This document shows, piece by piece, positions 57,198 through 64,000 of a DNA stretch of 64,000 bases (the first letter of the stretch is position 1; each line of letters opens with the position of its first letter). Location of the stretch: contig JBAYIQ010000001.1 in the NCBI GenBank assembly GCA_041665545.1, positions 67,495-131,494 of the forward strand. The letters run 5' to 3'. Source of the stretch: Patescibacteria group bacterium. Lineage in GTDB: Bacteria; Patescibacteriota; Patescibacteriia; UBA1558; GWA2-36-10. The position numbers and the translations under genes were made by a program. The notes beneath the pieces are model-generated. The model did not search any database. It had not been told where the DNA came from and worked only from the letters and a program-made list of their open reading frames with translations.

Positions 57198-58823
57198 TTA
57201 TTTGTCGTCATGATAAACTTCTTCCTTTTTCTCTTTCATGAAACCCAGCCAATCCTCAAAAGCCAAGACTATCATCTTAAATGGCGCCTCAATAATAAAA
57301 TCCATGACAAAAGCAAAAATATTTATCTTGCGGAATTTGGTAGACAGCCAACGGCCAACGCCCACAATCGGTAAAGAGAAAAAATTCATTAGGAATGACA
57401 AAACATCTTCTTTGTTATCAATCACTTTGAGCTCTTTGGCGGTACTACGAATACGAATAGCAAAAAAACTAACTGCTGTCAAAAAGAACAAAAATATAGC
57501 GCCGCTAATTATATTAAAATTTAACTTACGCAAGAGGTAAATAATTCCCCCAAAAACAGCGATGTACAACAAGGTGTACATAAAATTATAAAAAATCTGA
57601 TAACTCAACGACTGTTTGTATTTTGACTTGAGCTGACACAAAATTGATCGCTCGGATTTACCATAGACCAAATCTTTCAAGTTGGCCAAAATTTTATCAG
57701 TATTGTTGGTTCCAGGCACAGAAAAAGACAAAGTAACCAAAAACATCAGCAAAGGTGGAAACACTATATTGATTCCTAAATTAAGCATGTTGATGTGCCC
57801 CAAAACATATCTTTCATAAGGAAACTCCAAAGCAACAGCAAACAACACTTTAGTAATAAAAATATAAATAATGGCCCGCATGGAACTCTTGCTGAGCTTA
57901 CTGCGAATAGATTTGTAACGCTCAATAATCAGTTTTCTGGCTTCGGCTTCCAGCTCCTCTGGCTGGACCAATAAATCCTCTATTTTGGTCTCGTGACGCA
58001 ATATTAATTCGTGCAAAACCTGAAAAGTAACGACCGGCTCTTTGATGGCTTGTGATATACGGCGTTGATAAGGGTGGCGCAAATGACGCTGGATAGTGCG
58101 ATAGATAGGGCCTATATTAGTGGCTATTTCTGTGATTAATTTTTGATCGGCTCCAAGCCAATCTGGATAATACAAATTCAGTAGATGATAAGAAATTATT
58201 GTTACGTCAGATTTGACTAAGGATTTGTGGATAGTAATATAAAGTTGAATATTTTTTTCTCTAATACTCAAATCGTCACCTTTTAGCTTGACGCGCGGTT
58301 TGGTCACTTCATACATGGCCTCAATCACCGCATCAGCAATATCTTCCGGAGTCAGAATAATATCGATTTCACAGGCCTCAATGCCAATCAGCCAATCAAA
58401 ATAATCCTGCAAATTCTTTTGCTCCAGTTTATCATTTTCATAATGCTCGTTGAGCTGAGCAAACAAATCATTGTACTTGGCAATGACTTGCTCTACTTCC
58501 TGAACTTTTGATTCTGGAATACCATTGTTGGGTATGTATTGTCCTCTAACCAAATCCTCAATTAGACTCCTGGCAATCTGGGGTTTTAAAATTTCCAAAA
58601 TAAAACGGCGCTTTAGATTGCGCTCGATAGCATAACGCCTCAATAAATGAACTTCTTTAAAATCAACGCTGTTTCTCAGCTTTTCATAAAGCGAAGACAA
58701 GTGGCTGGCCATTTCTTCAACTGAGATGACATTTTTGTTTTCATCTTGGGCAAAAGCCTCGCGCTGGCGATAAATACGCTCAACTCTTTTAAAAAGGAGT
58801 ACTACTTCTGATGATATTTTCAT
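57198..58823 (-). CDS. Hypothetical membrane protein (541 aa; soluble N-terminal half, C-terminal multi-TM)
   Basis: ORF. Last minus-strand gene before the strand switch. Confidence 0.55.
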   Translation of the reverse strand: MKISSEVVLLFKRVERIYRQREAFAQDENKNVISVEEMASHLSSLYEKLRNSVDFKEVHLLRRYAIERNLKRRFILEILKPQIARSLIEDLVRGQYIPNNGIPESKVQEVEQVIAKYNDLFAQLNEHYENDKLEQKNLQDYFDWLIGIEACEIDIILTPEDIADAVIEAMYEVTKPRVKLKGDDLSIREKNIQLYITIHKSLVKSDVTIISYHLLNLYYPDWLGADQKLITEIATNIGPIYRTIQRHLRHPYQRRISQAIKEPVVTFQVLHELILRHETKIEDLLVQPEELEAEARKLIIERYKSIRSKLSKSSMRAIIYIFITKVLFAVALEFPYERYVLGHINMLNLGINIVFPPLLMFLVTLSFSVPGTNNTDKILANLKDLVYGKSERSILCQLKSKYKQSLSYQIFYNFMYTLLYIAVFGGIIYLLRKLNFNIISGAIFLFFLTAVSFFAIRIRSTAKELKVIDNKEDVLSFLMNFFSLPIVGVGRWLSTKFRKINIFAFVMDFIIEAPFKMIVLAFEDWLGFMKEKKEEVYHDDK

Positions 58824-58914
58824 ATATTAAATCTGCTATAAAAATACCATAAATTGGCTTTTTGTTCAATAATAGTTTATAATATTTTTGTAAATACATA
58901 CCTATAATACATCT

Positions 58915-59679
58915 ATGCTGTTGAATATTATTATCGCCTCTTTATTGGTCAGCCTTCTTTCGCTAGTGGGTTTAGCTGTTTTTTCCAAAAATCGCTATAG
59001 CCACAAAATAATGGACGGGGCTATAGCGCTGGCTGCTGGTGTGCTTTTGGGCAATGTTTTTTTTCATATGTTGCCGGAAATCATGAAAATGCAGGTAGAA
59101 AACAACTATGACCCGCAACAAATTTCCTTGTGGATATTGGGGATCATAATTTTTTTATTTTTTACCGAACAATATTTGCACTGGCATCATTGCCACCGCC
59201 ACCACTGCGACGACCAGCACGAGCACACTGACCCGGCTGGCGTAAATATCTTGCTTGGCGATGGAATACACAACCTAGTAGATGGCATGGTAATCGCCGC
59301 TAGCTTTGCCGTTGATAATTCGGTGGGCTGGATGGCAACTTTGGCTATTGCTTTGCATGAAATACCGCAAGAGATTGGTGATTTTAGTCTACTTTTACAT
59401 TCTGGCTTTTCCAAGGCCAAAGCTTTATTTTGGAATTTTATATCTGGATTACTGGCTATTGTCGGCGCTGTGGCTACTTATTTTTATGCCCGAGTTGCTG
59501 AGCACGAAATTATTTTAATATCTTTGGCGGCCGGCAGTTTTTTATACATTGCCATGTCTGATATTATGCCACACCTCCAAGAGCAGAAAAGAGTCAATCA
59601 ATTTACACAAATTTTGTGGTTTATAATTGGACTGGCTTTAATATTTATGGCCAATAAATTTTTTAATTTTGAAGCTTAA
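58915..59679 (+). CDS. zupT: ZIP-family metal transporter (ZupT-like)
   Basis: HNLVDGMVIAASF and HEIPQEIGDF motifs. His-rich loop HWHHCHRHHCDDQHEH. Confidence 0.8.
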   Translation: MLLNIIIASLLVSLLSLVGLAVFSKNRYSHKIMDGAIALAAGVLLGNVFFHMLPEIMKMQVENNYDPQQISLWILGIIIFLFFTEQYLHWHHCHRHHCDDQHEHTDPAGVNILLGDGIHNLVDGMVIAASFAVDNSVGWMATLAIALHEIPQEIGDFSLLLHSGFSKAKALFWNFISGLLAIVGAVATYFYARVAEHEIILISLAAGSFLYIAMSDIMPHLQEQKRVNQFTQILWFIIGLALIFMANKFFNFEA

Positions 59680-59704
59680 ATTTATTCCCAATCTGACGAA
59701 TCGT

Positions 59705-59733
59705 TTGACAGAAATTTGATTATATGCTATACT
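59705..59733 (+). promoter_or_regulatory. Sigma70-like promoter (TTGACA-17-TATACT) driving leader elements A and B and the receiver gene
   Basis: TTGACAgaaatttgattatatgcTATACT. Confidence 0.45.
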
Positions 59734-59761
59734 CTTTTCATTGACAATTTAACAAACCTTT

Positions 59762-59866
59762 GAAGCAAGGAAGCATTATCTTTATTTGGACGCTTGGATA
59801 ATGTGGAGCTAGTAGCGTAACCGGCAACAATTTTTGGTTACGCTTCCTAATGGGAAGTGTTTTTTG
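59762..59866 (+). promoter_or_regulatory. Structured RNA leader A (riboswitch-like) ending in an intrinsic terminator
   Basis: Conserved blocks GAAGCAAGGA / TTTGGACGCTTGG / GGAGCTAGTAGCGTAACCGGCA. Alternative 8-bp hairpin GCGTAACC/GGTTACGC. Terminator CTTCC..GGAAG plus TTTTTT. Confidence 0.45.
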
Positions 59867-59900
59867 TTGAATGTACCTTTAAAAAATCACACAATCAATC

Positions 59901-60051
59901 GATGAGGCAAGGAATGATCGTCTGTATTTGGACGCTTGGTCCTCCCACTCCGCCATCTGGCGGATATGGACGGACGAGGACGATCAGGAGCTAGTAGCGT
60001 AACCGGCAATTTTTTTGGTTATTAGCTAAACACCTCATTCAGGTGTTTTTT
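59901..60051 (+). promoter_or_regulatory. Structured RNA leader B (paralog of A with an extended internal stem) ending in an intrinsic terminator
   Basis: Same three conserved blocks. 62-nt insertion forming CCGCCAUCUGGCGG and GGUCCUC/GAGGACG stems. Terminator CACCTcattcAGGTG plus TTTTTT, directly before the receiver gene RBS. Confidence 0.45.
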
Positions 60052-60083
60052 GTTACCTGGTGGCTAGCAAGGAGGAAAAGAAC

Positions 60084-60461
60084 ATGAGCACGATTTTTGT
60101 CTTGGACCAGAAGGAATCTGCCGAATCCCTGGCCATGGCACTCTGTCAGGAAGGACACGTGACTTACATAAGTTGCGACTACAAAAAGGCCTTAAGACAG
60201 ATCGCTGAACTGACCGCCGCCAAAGCAGGGCCAGATCTAGTGTTGGCTGAATTTCTGGAAACAGACGGGGCAGAACTTTGCAGGGAACTGCGGCGATACG
60301 GTCTGACCAGGAAAATCAAGGTTGTACTGATGAGTCGCGGTGGTCCGCACAGCAATATTGATTATTACCGCCGACTGGGAAAAAGCTACGGAGCAGATGA
60401 CTACTTACTCAAGTCAGACGACCTGCGAGCAATCGCTCGAAGCATCCAACACTTGATCTAG
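60084..60461 (+). CDS. Stand-alone receiver (REC) domain protein with the phospho-acceptor Asp replaced by Glu (pseudo-receiver)
   Basis: AAGGAGG RBS with an 8-nt spacer. CheY-like fold sequence: IFVLDQ, DLVLAEF (E at the phospho-site), conserved K in KVVLMS..., GADDYLLK. About 50% GC. Confidence 0.6.
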   Translation: MSTIFVLDQKESAESLAMALCQEGHVTYISCDYKKALRQIAELTAAKAGPDLVLAEFLETDGAELCRELRRYGLTRKIKVVLMSRGGPHSNIDYYRRLGKSYGADDYLLKSDDLRAIARSIQHLI

Positions 60462-60476
60462 ACAAGGAGGTGTCTC

Positions 60477-60527
60477 ATGGATCTGATCAGCGTCCTCATC
60501 CTCATCTCGGCCAAGTACGAGTGGTGA
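60477..60527 (+). CDS. 16-aa hydrophobic micro-ORF (MDLISVLILISAKYEW), translationally coupled to the receiver gene
   Basis: Strong AAGGAGG RBS 7 nt upstream, 12 nt after the receiver stop codon. Followed by hairpins and a terminator. Confidence 0.3.
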   Translation: MDLISVLILISAKYEW

Positions 60528-60596
60528 CTCCCCTCACCAAAGAAAGGTGGTGATAAAAAATTCGACAGTACAGATGATCACTGTCGATAATAACCT

Positions 60597-60640
60597 CGGG
60601 GTCAGACACACTCACTATCTGACCCCGAACAAAAAATCAT
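60597..60640 (+). terminator. Intrinsic terminator (perfect 9-bp stem CGGGGTCAG/CTGACCCCG plus A/T-rich run)
   Basis: Seen directly. Preceded by a second perfect 7-bp hairpin CGACAGT..ACTGTCG at 60563-60586. Confidence 0.55.
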
Positions 60641-60700
60641 TGATTTTCCGACTTGATTGTGCTACATTAAAAATATATAGAATATTCACAATTTAAATAA

Positions 60701-60824
60701 AGTGAGGCAATGACTGATTACTATCCATTTTGGACGCCAAATTGGTAATCAAGAGCTAGTGGCGTAACCGGCACTTTTATCAACTAAGCCACCCACCTCA
60801 CCAAACATTAATTGAGGTTTTTTT
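60701..60824 (+). promoter_or_regulatory. Structured RNA element C (third paralog of A and B) with an intrinsic terminator
   Basis: GAGGCAATGA / TTTGGACGCC / AGAGCTAGTGGCGTAACCGGCA blocks. Terminator CCTCA..TGAGG plus TTTTTTT. Confidence 0.45.
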
Positions 60825-60839
60825 ATGCCTAAATAAGCA

Positions 60840-60868
60840 TTGACAATTTAAAAAACATGGGTTATAAT
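60840..60868 (+). promoter_or_regulatory. Consensus sigma70 promoter (TTGACA-17-TATAAT) with a 230-nt AT-rich leader for the lipoprotein gene
   Basis: TTGACAatttaaaaaacatgggtTATAAT. Confidence 0.55.
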
Positions 60869-61103
60869 AACCAGTTAATTATTAATCATAAATTAGATAT
60901 TGCGCTAACCTTGAAATTTTATTTTTAGACTAGCGGAATATCTAAATAGGAAAGAACATTACAACTTGGGAAATCACACAATCACACCGACTCCACCAGT
61001 AGTTATGAAATAATCTTACCAAAACATTAAGGGAGGTGAGTAAAACTAGAATTCTCCTTCGGTTTCTGTAGATCGCCAAATCACAGATTACAGGAGGCAA
61101 GCG

Positions 61104-62174
61104 ATGAGATTCGTAAGCGTTCTGCTACTGGTTGTGGCTTCCTCGGCGCTTCTGCTGGGTGGCTGCGAACAGAGCCCCACCACTCCGGTGGAAAACCTCA
61201 GCCCCGGACAGGAGCACAATGTCTTCCTGTCTACCATGTATGCCAACTACGGCATCGAGCAGTACCACAATGTCGATACCGAACTGGCTATCAATCGTGC
61301 CAGCAAGGTGTTCGCCAAGCAGCTGAACCTGCCCGAAGCCGAAGTGCGACAGCAGATGGAGCAAGGAATCCGGGTCTTCAACGACCTGGAAGCTGCTGGG
61401 ATCATCGATTTCGACCATTTCAAGATCATCGATCCGTCGGGGTTTGCTGAATACATCAGCAACCTCGACCCCGCCACCACCCCCGAAGAACGGCGGATGG
61501 TTCGAGACTTGATCGGCGATCTTGTCGCCACTGGCGCCGACAAGTCCCGAAGCTACGACCAGGTGGTGGCCAAATGGAACCACCACTCCGTCACCCAGCG
61601 GCTCACCAGCTGCCTGGACGTACTGGCGGCCAGTGATGAGTTCTGGACGACGCCCGACGCAGACAAGAAGCAACCCTATACCGCTGGCGAGGTCCAGATG
61701 TGGGATACCGGCGGAGCTCTGGCGGGAGCTTGGCTCGGTGGTCCCCTCGGAAGCCTGCTCGTAGGAGGGCTCACCTCTTATCTGGCAGCCGAATACTGCT
61801 CGCTCTGCCCGCCGGACGAACCGCCGCCGCCACCGCCGCCCCCGCCGCCGCCACCGCCGTCACCGAACGGTTATGATCCGCCGCCCGTCGTCCTGTCCGG
61901 TTTCATCTCTTTTCCTCCTCGCCACCCCGCTGGCTGGGCGGTGGTGGTCATGCTGATCGTCTGTGTCACGGCCTGGCTGATATTGCACAAGCGATATCAG
62001 CTTGGTAAGTTCTGGGGTTTGGGCATGATCATGCTGATCGGCTCCTTGTCCCAGATCGCCGCCAGCAGCATCAGCCACACCAACAACAGCATGTCGATCT
62101 TGCTGTTGGTGATTTCCAGCGTGATCGGAATCTGGCTCATTCGTCGCAACACCCAACGGCGAGTGTTGAACTAG
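61104..62174 (+). CDS. GC-rich lipoprotein with a poly-proline linker and C-terminal TM helices
   Basis: AGGAGG RBS. Signal peptide with lipobox LLGGC. PPDEPPPPPPPPPPPPPSP tract. Two or three C-terminal hydrophobic helices. About 58% GC. Confidence 0.6.
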   Translation: MRFVSVLLLVVASSALLLGGCEQSPTTPVENLSPGQEHNVFLSTMYANYGIEQYHNVDTELAINRASKVFAKQLNLPEAEVRQQMEQGIRVFNDLEAAGIIDFDHFKIIDPSGFAEYISNLDPATTPEERRMVRDLIGDLVATGADKSRSYDQVVAKWNHHSVTQRLTSCLDVLAASDEFWTTPDADKKQPYTAGEVQMWDTGGALAGAWLGGPLGSLLVGGLTSYLAAEYCSLCPPDEPPPPPPPPPPPPPSPNGYDPPPVVLSGFISFPPRHPAGWAVVVMLIVCVTAWLILHKRYQLGKFWGLGMIMLIGSLSQIAASSISHTNNSMSILLLVISSVIGIWLIRRNTQRRVLN

Positions 62175-62199
62175 ACACCTCAAACAGAGACCACGCATA

Positions 62200-62247
62200 G
62201 GACCCCGCATCTGTTGCATTCACAATGCACTGCGGGGTCCTCTTTTT
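62200..62247 (+). terminator. Intrinsic terminator (9-bp stem GGACCCCGC/GCGGGGTCC plus TCTTTTT)
   Basis: Seen directly. Confidence 0.65.
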
Positions 62248-62410
62248 ATTGACTAAATGCTAAATATATACTATAATTTTTTTGTTTTTTATATTTATTC
62301 GGGGACCCGTCCGCCTCGGCTACGCCGCAGGCGTGCCGGGCGAGTCTACTATTCATAAGGACATAGTCATATATAAAACAAGTAGTATAATTTACATTAT
62401 TTTTAAACAT

Positions 62411-62484
62411 TCGGGGATCGTCTAATGGTAGGACAGCGGCCTTTGAAGCCGTGAATTGGGGTTCGAATCCCTGTCCCCGAGCCA
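62411..62484 (+). tRNA. tRNA-Gln (anticodon TTG)
   Basis: Cloverleaf: acceptor TCGGGGA/TCCCCGA, D-loop AATGGTA, anticodon loop CTTTGAA, T-loop TTCGAAT, CCA encoded. Confidence 0.8.
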
Positions 62485-62741
62485 CTCGACTCGTCGTCGT
62501 TTCACTCCGCCTCGCTCGTGATTTCAGCTCCTCACTTCGTTCGTTGTTTCAACCCTTCATATAAAAAAGACGAGGTGAGTGTCCCGAGCGTAGTCGAGGG
62601 ACAAAACAATTTTTTATGAAGTATACCTAAGATGCTGCGCAATAGCGCAGCGCCCCGAGCCAGCCTTCGCCAAGGCTACGGCTGGCTTACAGCCATAAAA
62701 TATACCACAAAATTTAAAAATTAATTAAAAAATAAAATTAT

Positions 62742-63407
62742 ATGTCAGAAAACATTATTGAGGAAACTTCATCGAATACACCAGAAGAAAAGCAAAACGA
62801 AGAACAAAAAATTGATAAAAAATCAATAAAAATTAGCAAAAAACTTATAATTATTATTTCAATAATTATTGTGCTGGGTATTTTAGCTTGGTTTTCCAAA
62901 AGCTTATTTGTAGCGGCCATTGTTGATGGCCATCCAATAAGTCGCGCCTCTGTTGTTCAAAAACTAGAAAAAGAAGCTGGTAAAAATTTATTAGAATCCC
63001 TGGTTATTGAAAAACTAATCCAAAACGAAGCTAAAGTAAAAAAAATTACCGTCAGTGATGAGGAAATAAATGCGGAAATAACAAAAATTGAAACTCAAAT
63101 AACTTCACAAGGCGACACCATGGATAGCGCGCTCGCCGCTCAAAATATGACTATTGATGATTTGAGAGGACAGATTGTTACTCAAAAAGAATTAGAAAAA
63201 TTGTTGGCTGACAAAGTAGCTGTCACTGATGAAGAAGTTGCCAAATATATTGCTGATAATCAAGTCCCTATGACTGCCGGACAAGAGGCCACAATTAACG
63301 AACAAATTAAAAGCGAATTGCGCAACCAAAAACTTAGTACTGAGGCTCAAACTTTTATAGCCAGTTTAAAAGCCAAAGCTAAAATTCAATACTGGGTAAA
63401 TTATTAA
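62742..63407 (+). CDS. SurA N-terminal-domain chaperone-like protein, N-terminally membrane anchored
   Basis: 221 aa with one TM, followed by a SurA-N/PpiD-like helical domain (ISRASVVQKLEKEAGKNLLESLVIEKLI). AT-rich host-like composition. Confidence 0.55.
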   Translation: MSENIIEETSSNTPEEKQNEEQKIDKKSIKISKKLIIIISIIIVLGILAWFSKSLFVAAIVDGHPISRASVVQKLEKEAGKNLLESLVIEKLIQNEAKVKKITVSDEEINAEITKIETQITSQGDTMDSALAAQNMTIDDLRGQIVTQKELEKLLADKVAVTDEEVAKYIADNQVPMTAGQEATINEQIKSELRNQKLSTEAQTFIASLKAKAKIQYWVNY

Positions 63408-63436
63408 ATTGTTGTTAAATTAATAAACTCAAAAAA

Positions 63437-63490
63437 CACCCACCCATTCGACTACGCTCACCACAAGTCGCTCAGGGTGATTTTTTGTTA
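63437..63490 (+). terminator. Terminator hairpin (CACCC...GGGTG) plus ATTTTTTGTT
   Basis: Seen directly. Confidence 0.45.
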
Positions 63491-63503
63491 AATTTACTTC
63501 TTA

Positions 63504-63532
63504 TTGACTACATGATATATATATGATAATTT
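63504..63532 (+). promoter_or_regulatory. Sigma70-like promoter (TTGACT-16/17-ATAATT)
   Basis: TTGACTacatgatatatatatgATAATT. Confidence 0.45.
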
Positions 63533-63599
63533 ATGTTGTCAGCTCTGGTTAGACCAGAACATGTTCCTAAACTTCAACTTTCTTAAGGGGGTGATTGTC

Positions 63600-63932
63600 A
63601 TGGCGAAGGATGAACTCCCTCCGGACAAGATCGAGATCCAGGGCGGCCGAGTAGTCAGCTTGGAAGAGTGGTGTATGTGGAACGGAGAGCCCGCTCTCAC
63701 GCTCCAAGTCTCCAGAATCACGAGCGGCTACTCTGTCTGTGTGTCTGACCCCGAACATGGTGGCCATGCCCCGAGACAGGGTGCTACCCTGCAAGAGGCA
63801 GCCGTCGATGTGCTGCACCCCGAGGTCATCGGGAAACTGGAAACGCTCTTCGGGATGAAGAATCCAGCCGAAGCGCAGATACGCGAGCATCACTATCGCA
63901 AGGGTGATGGTCTGCTGGTCATCATCGGCTAG
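63600..63932 (+). CDS. GC-rich hypothetical soluble protein (110 aa)
   Basis: AAGGGGGTGA RBS, ATG at 63600, about 58% GC. Own promoter and terminator. Confidence 0.55.
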   Translation: MAKDELPPDKIEIQGGRVVSLEEWCMWNGEPALTLQVSRITSGYSVCVSDPEHGGHAPRQGATLQEAAVDVLHPEVIGKLETLFGMKNPAEAQIREHHYRKGDGLLVIIG

Positions 63933-63943
63933 TGCCCTCGACT

Positions 63944-63980
63944 CCGCCGCTCAGCTAACAACTGGGCGGCGGTTTTTCTT
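63944..63980 (+). terminator. Intrinsic terminator (CCGCCGC/GCGGCGG stem plus TTTTTCTTT)
   Basis: Seen directly. Confidence 0.6.
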
Positions 63981-64000
63981 TATTTTAAAAATTGTTAATG

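Noticed and set aside
56970-57374. 134-aa and 66-aa plus-strand ORFs across the candidate sRNA region
   Set aside because: There is no RBS. They run into the 3' end of the convergent 57198-58823 gene. The region is better explained by a promoter, structured RNA and terminator unit.
58824-58914. Possible replication origin at the strand-switch intergenic region
   Set aside because: No DnaA-box (TTATCCACA or its complement) cluster is visible. The region has only AT-rich promoter-like sequence.
60060-60083. GTG-initiated N-terminal extension of the receiver gene (MASKEEKN)
   Set aside because: The extension itself spells the AAGGAGG RBS. The ATG at 60084 lies 8 nt downstream of it.
59762-60824. 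Assigning elements A, B and C confidently to the c-di-GMP-I (GEMM) riboswitch class
   Set aside because: Only partial block similarity is visible by eye (GGCAA.., GGACGC.., ..UAGCG..UUACCG). The canonical GNRA-tetraloop/receptor arrangement could not be verified without a covariance-model search. I kept them as an unclassified riboswitch-like family.
1-64000. CRISPR arrays or cas genes
   Set aside because: No regularly spaced direct repeats of 25-40 nt were found. The repeats present are dispersed single copies or palindromic elements.

Overview
This window reads as a low-GC (about 33-35%) Patescibacteria/CPR-like chromosome segment, with about 48 consecutive minus-strand housekeeping genes from 1 to 58.8 kb. 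It contains secDF, uppS, typA, dnaX, lepA, murJ, the mreBCD-mrdA elongasome, proS, rseP, frr, holB, rnhA, recJ, pduL-ackA, a large cell-surface glycosylation locus, RNase P RNA and two tRNA-Gln genes. Six compositionally foreign, GC-rich (about 50-58%) cassettes are superimposed. Each has a near-consensus sigma70 promoter (TTGACA, 17-nt spacer, TATAAT-like -10), an AGGAGG-type RBS where coding, and a strong intrinsic terminator. The most elaborate is a 2.5-kb island at 59.7-62.25 kb next to tRNA-Gln(TTG). It carries three paralogous structured RNA leaders, each with its own terminator, a single-domain pseudo-receiver protein with the phospho-acceptor Asp replaced by Glu, a translationally coupled 16-aa hydrophobic micro-ORF, and a Pro-rich lipoprotein with C-terminal TM helices. 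Other points of note are a tRNA-Gln(CTG) locus surrounded by tRNA fragments next to an intermediate-GC 3-gene cassette of unknowns, two families of intergenic repeat elements, a GC-rich orphan sRNA-like unit, and two VirB4-like ATPase paralogs. All calls rest on reading the sequence by eye. No database search was run.
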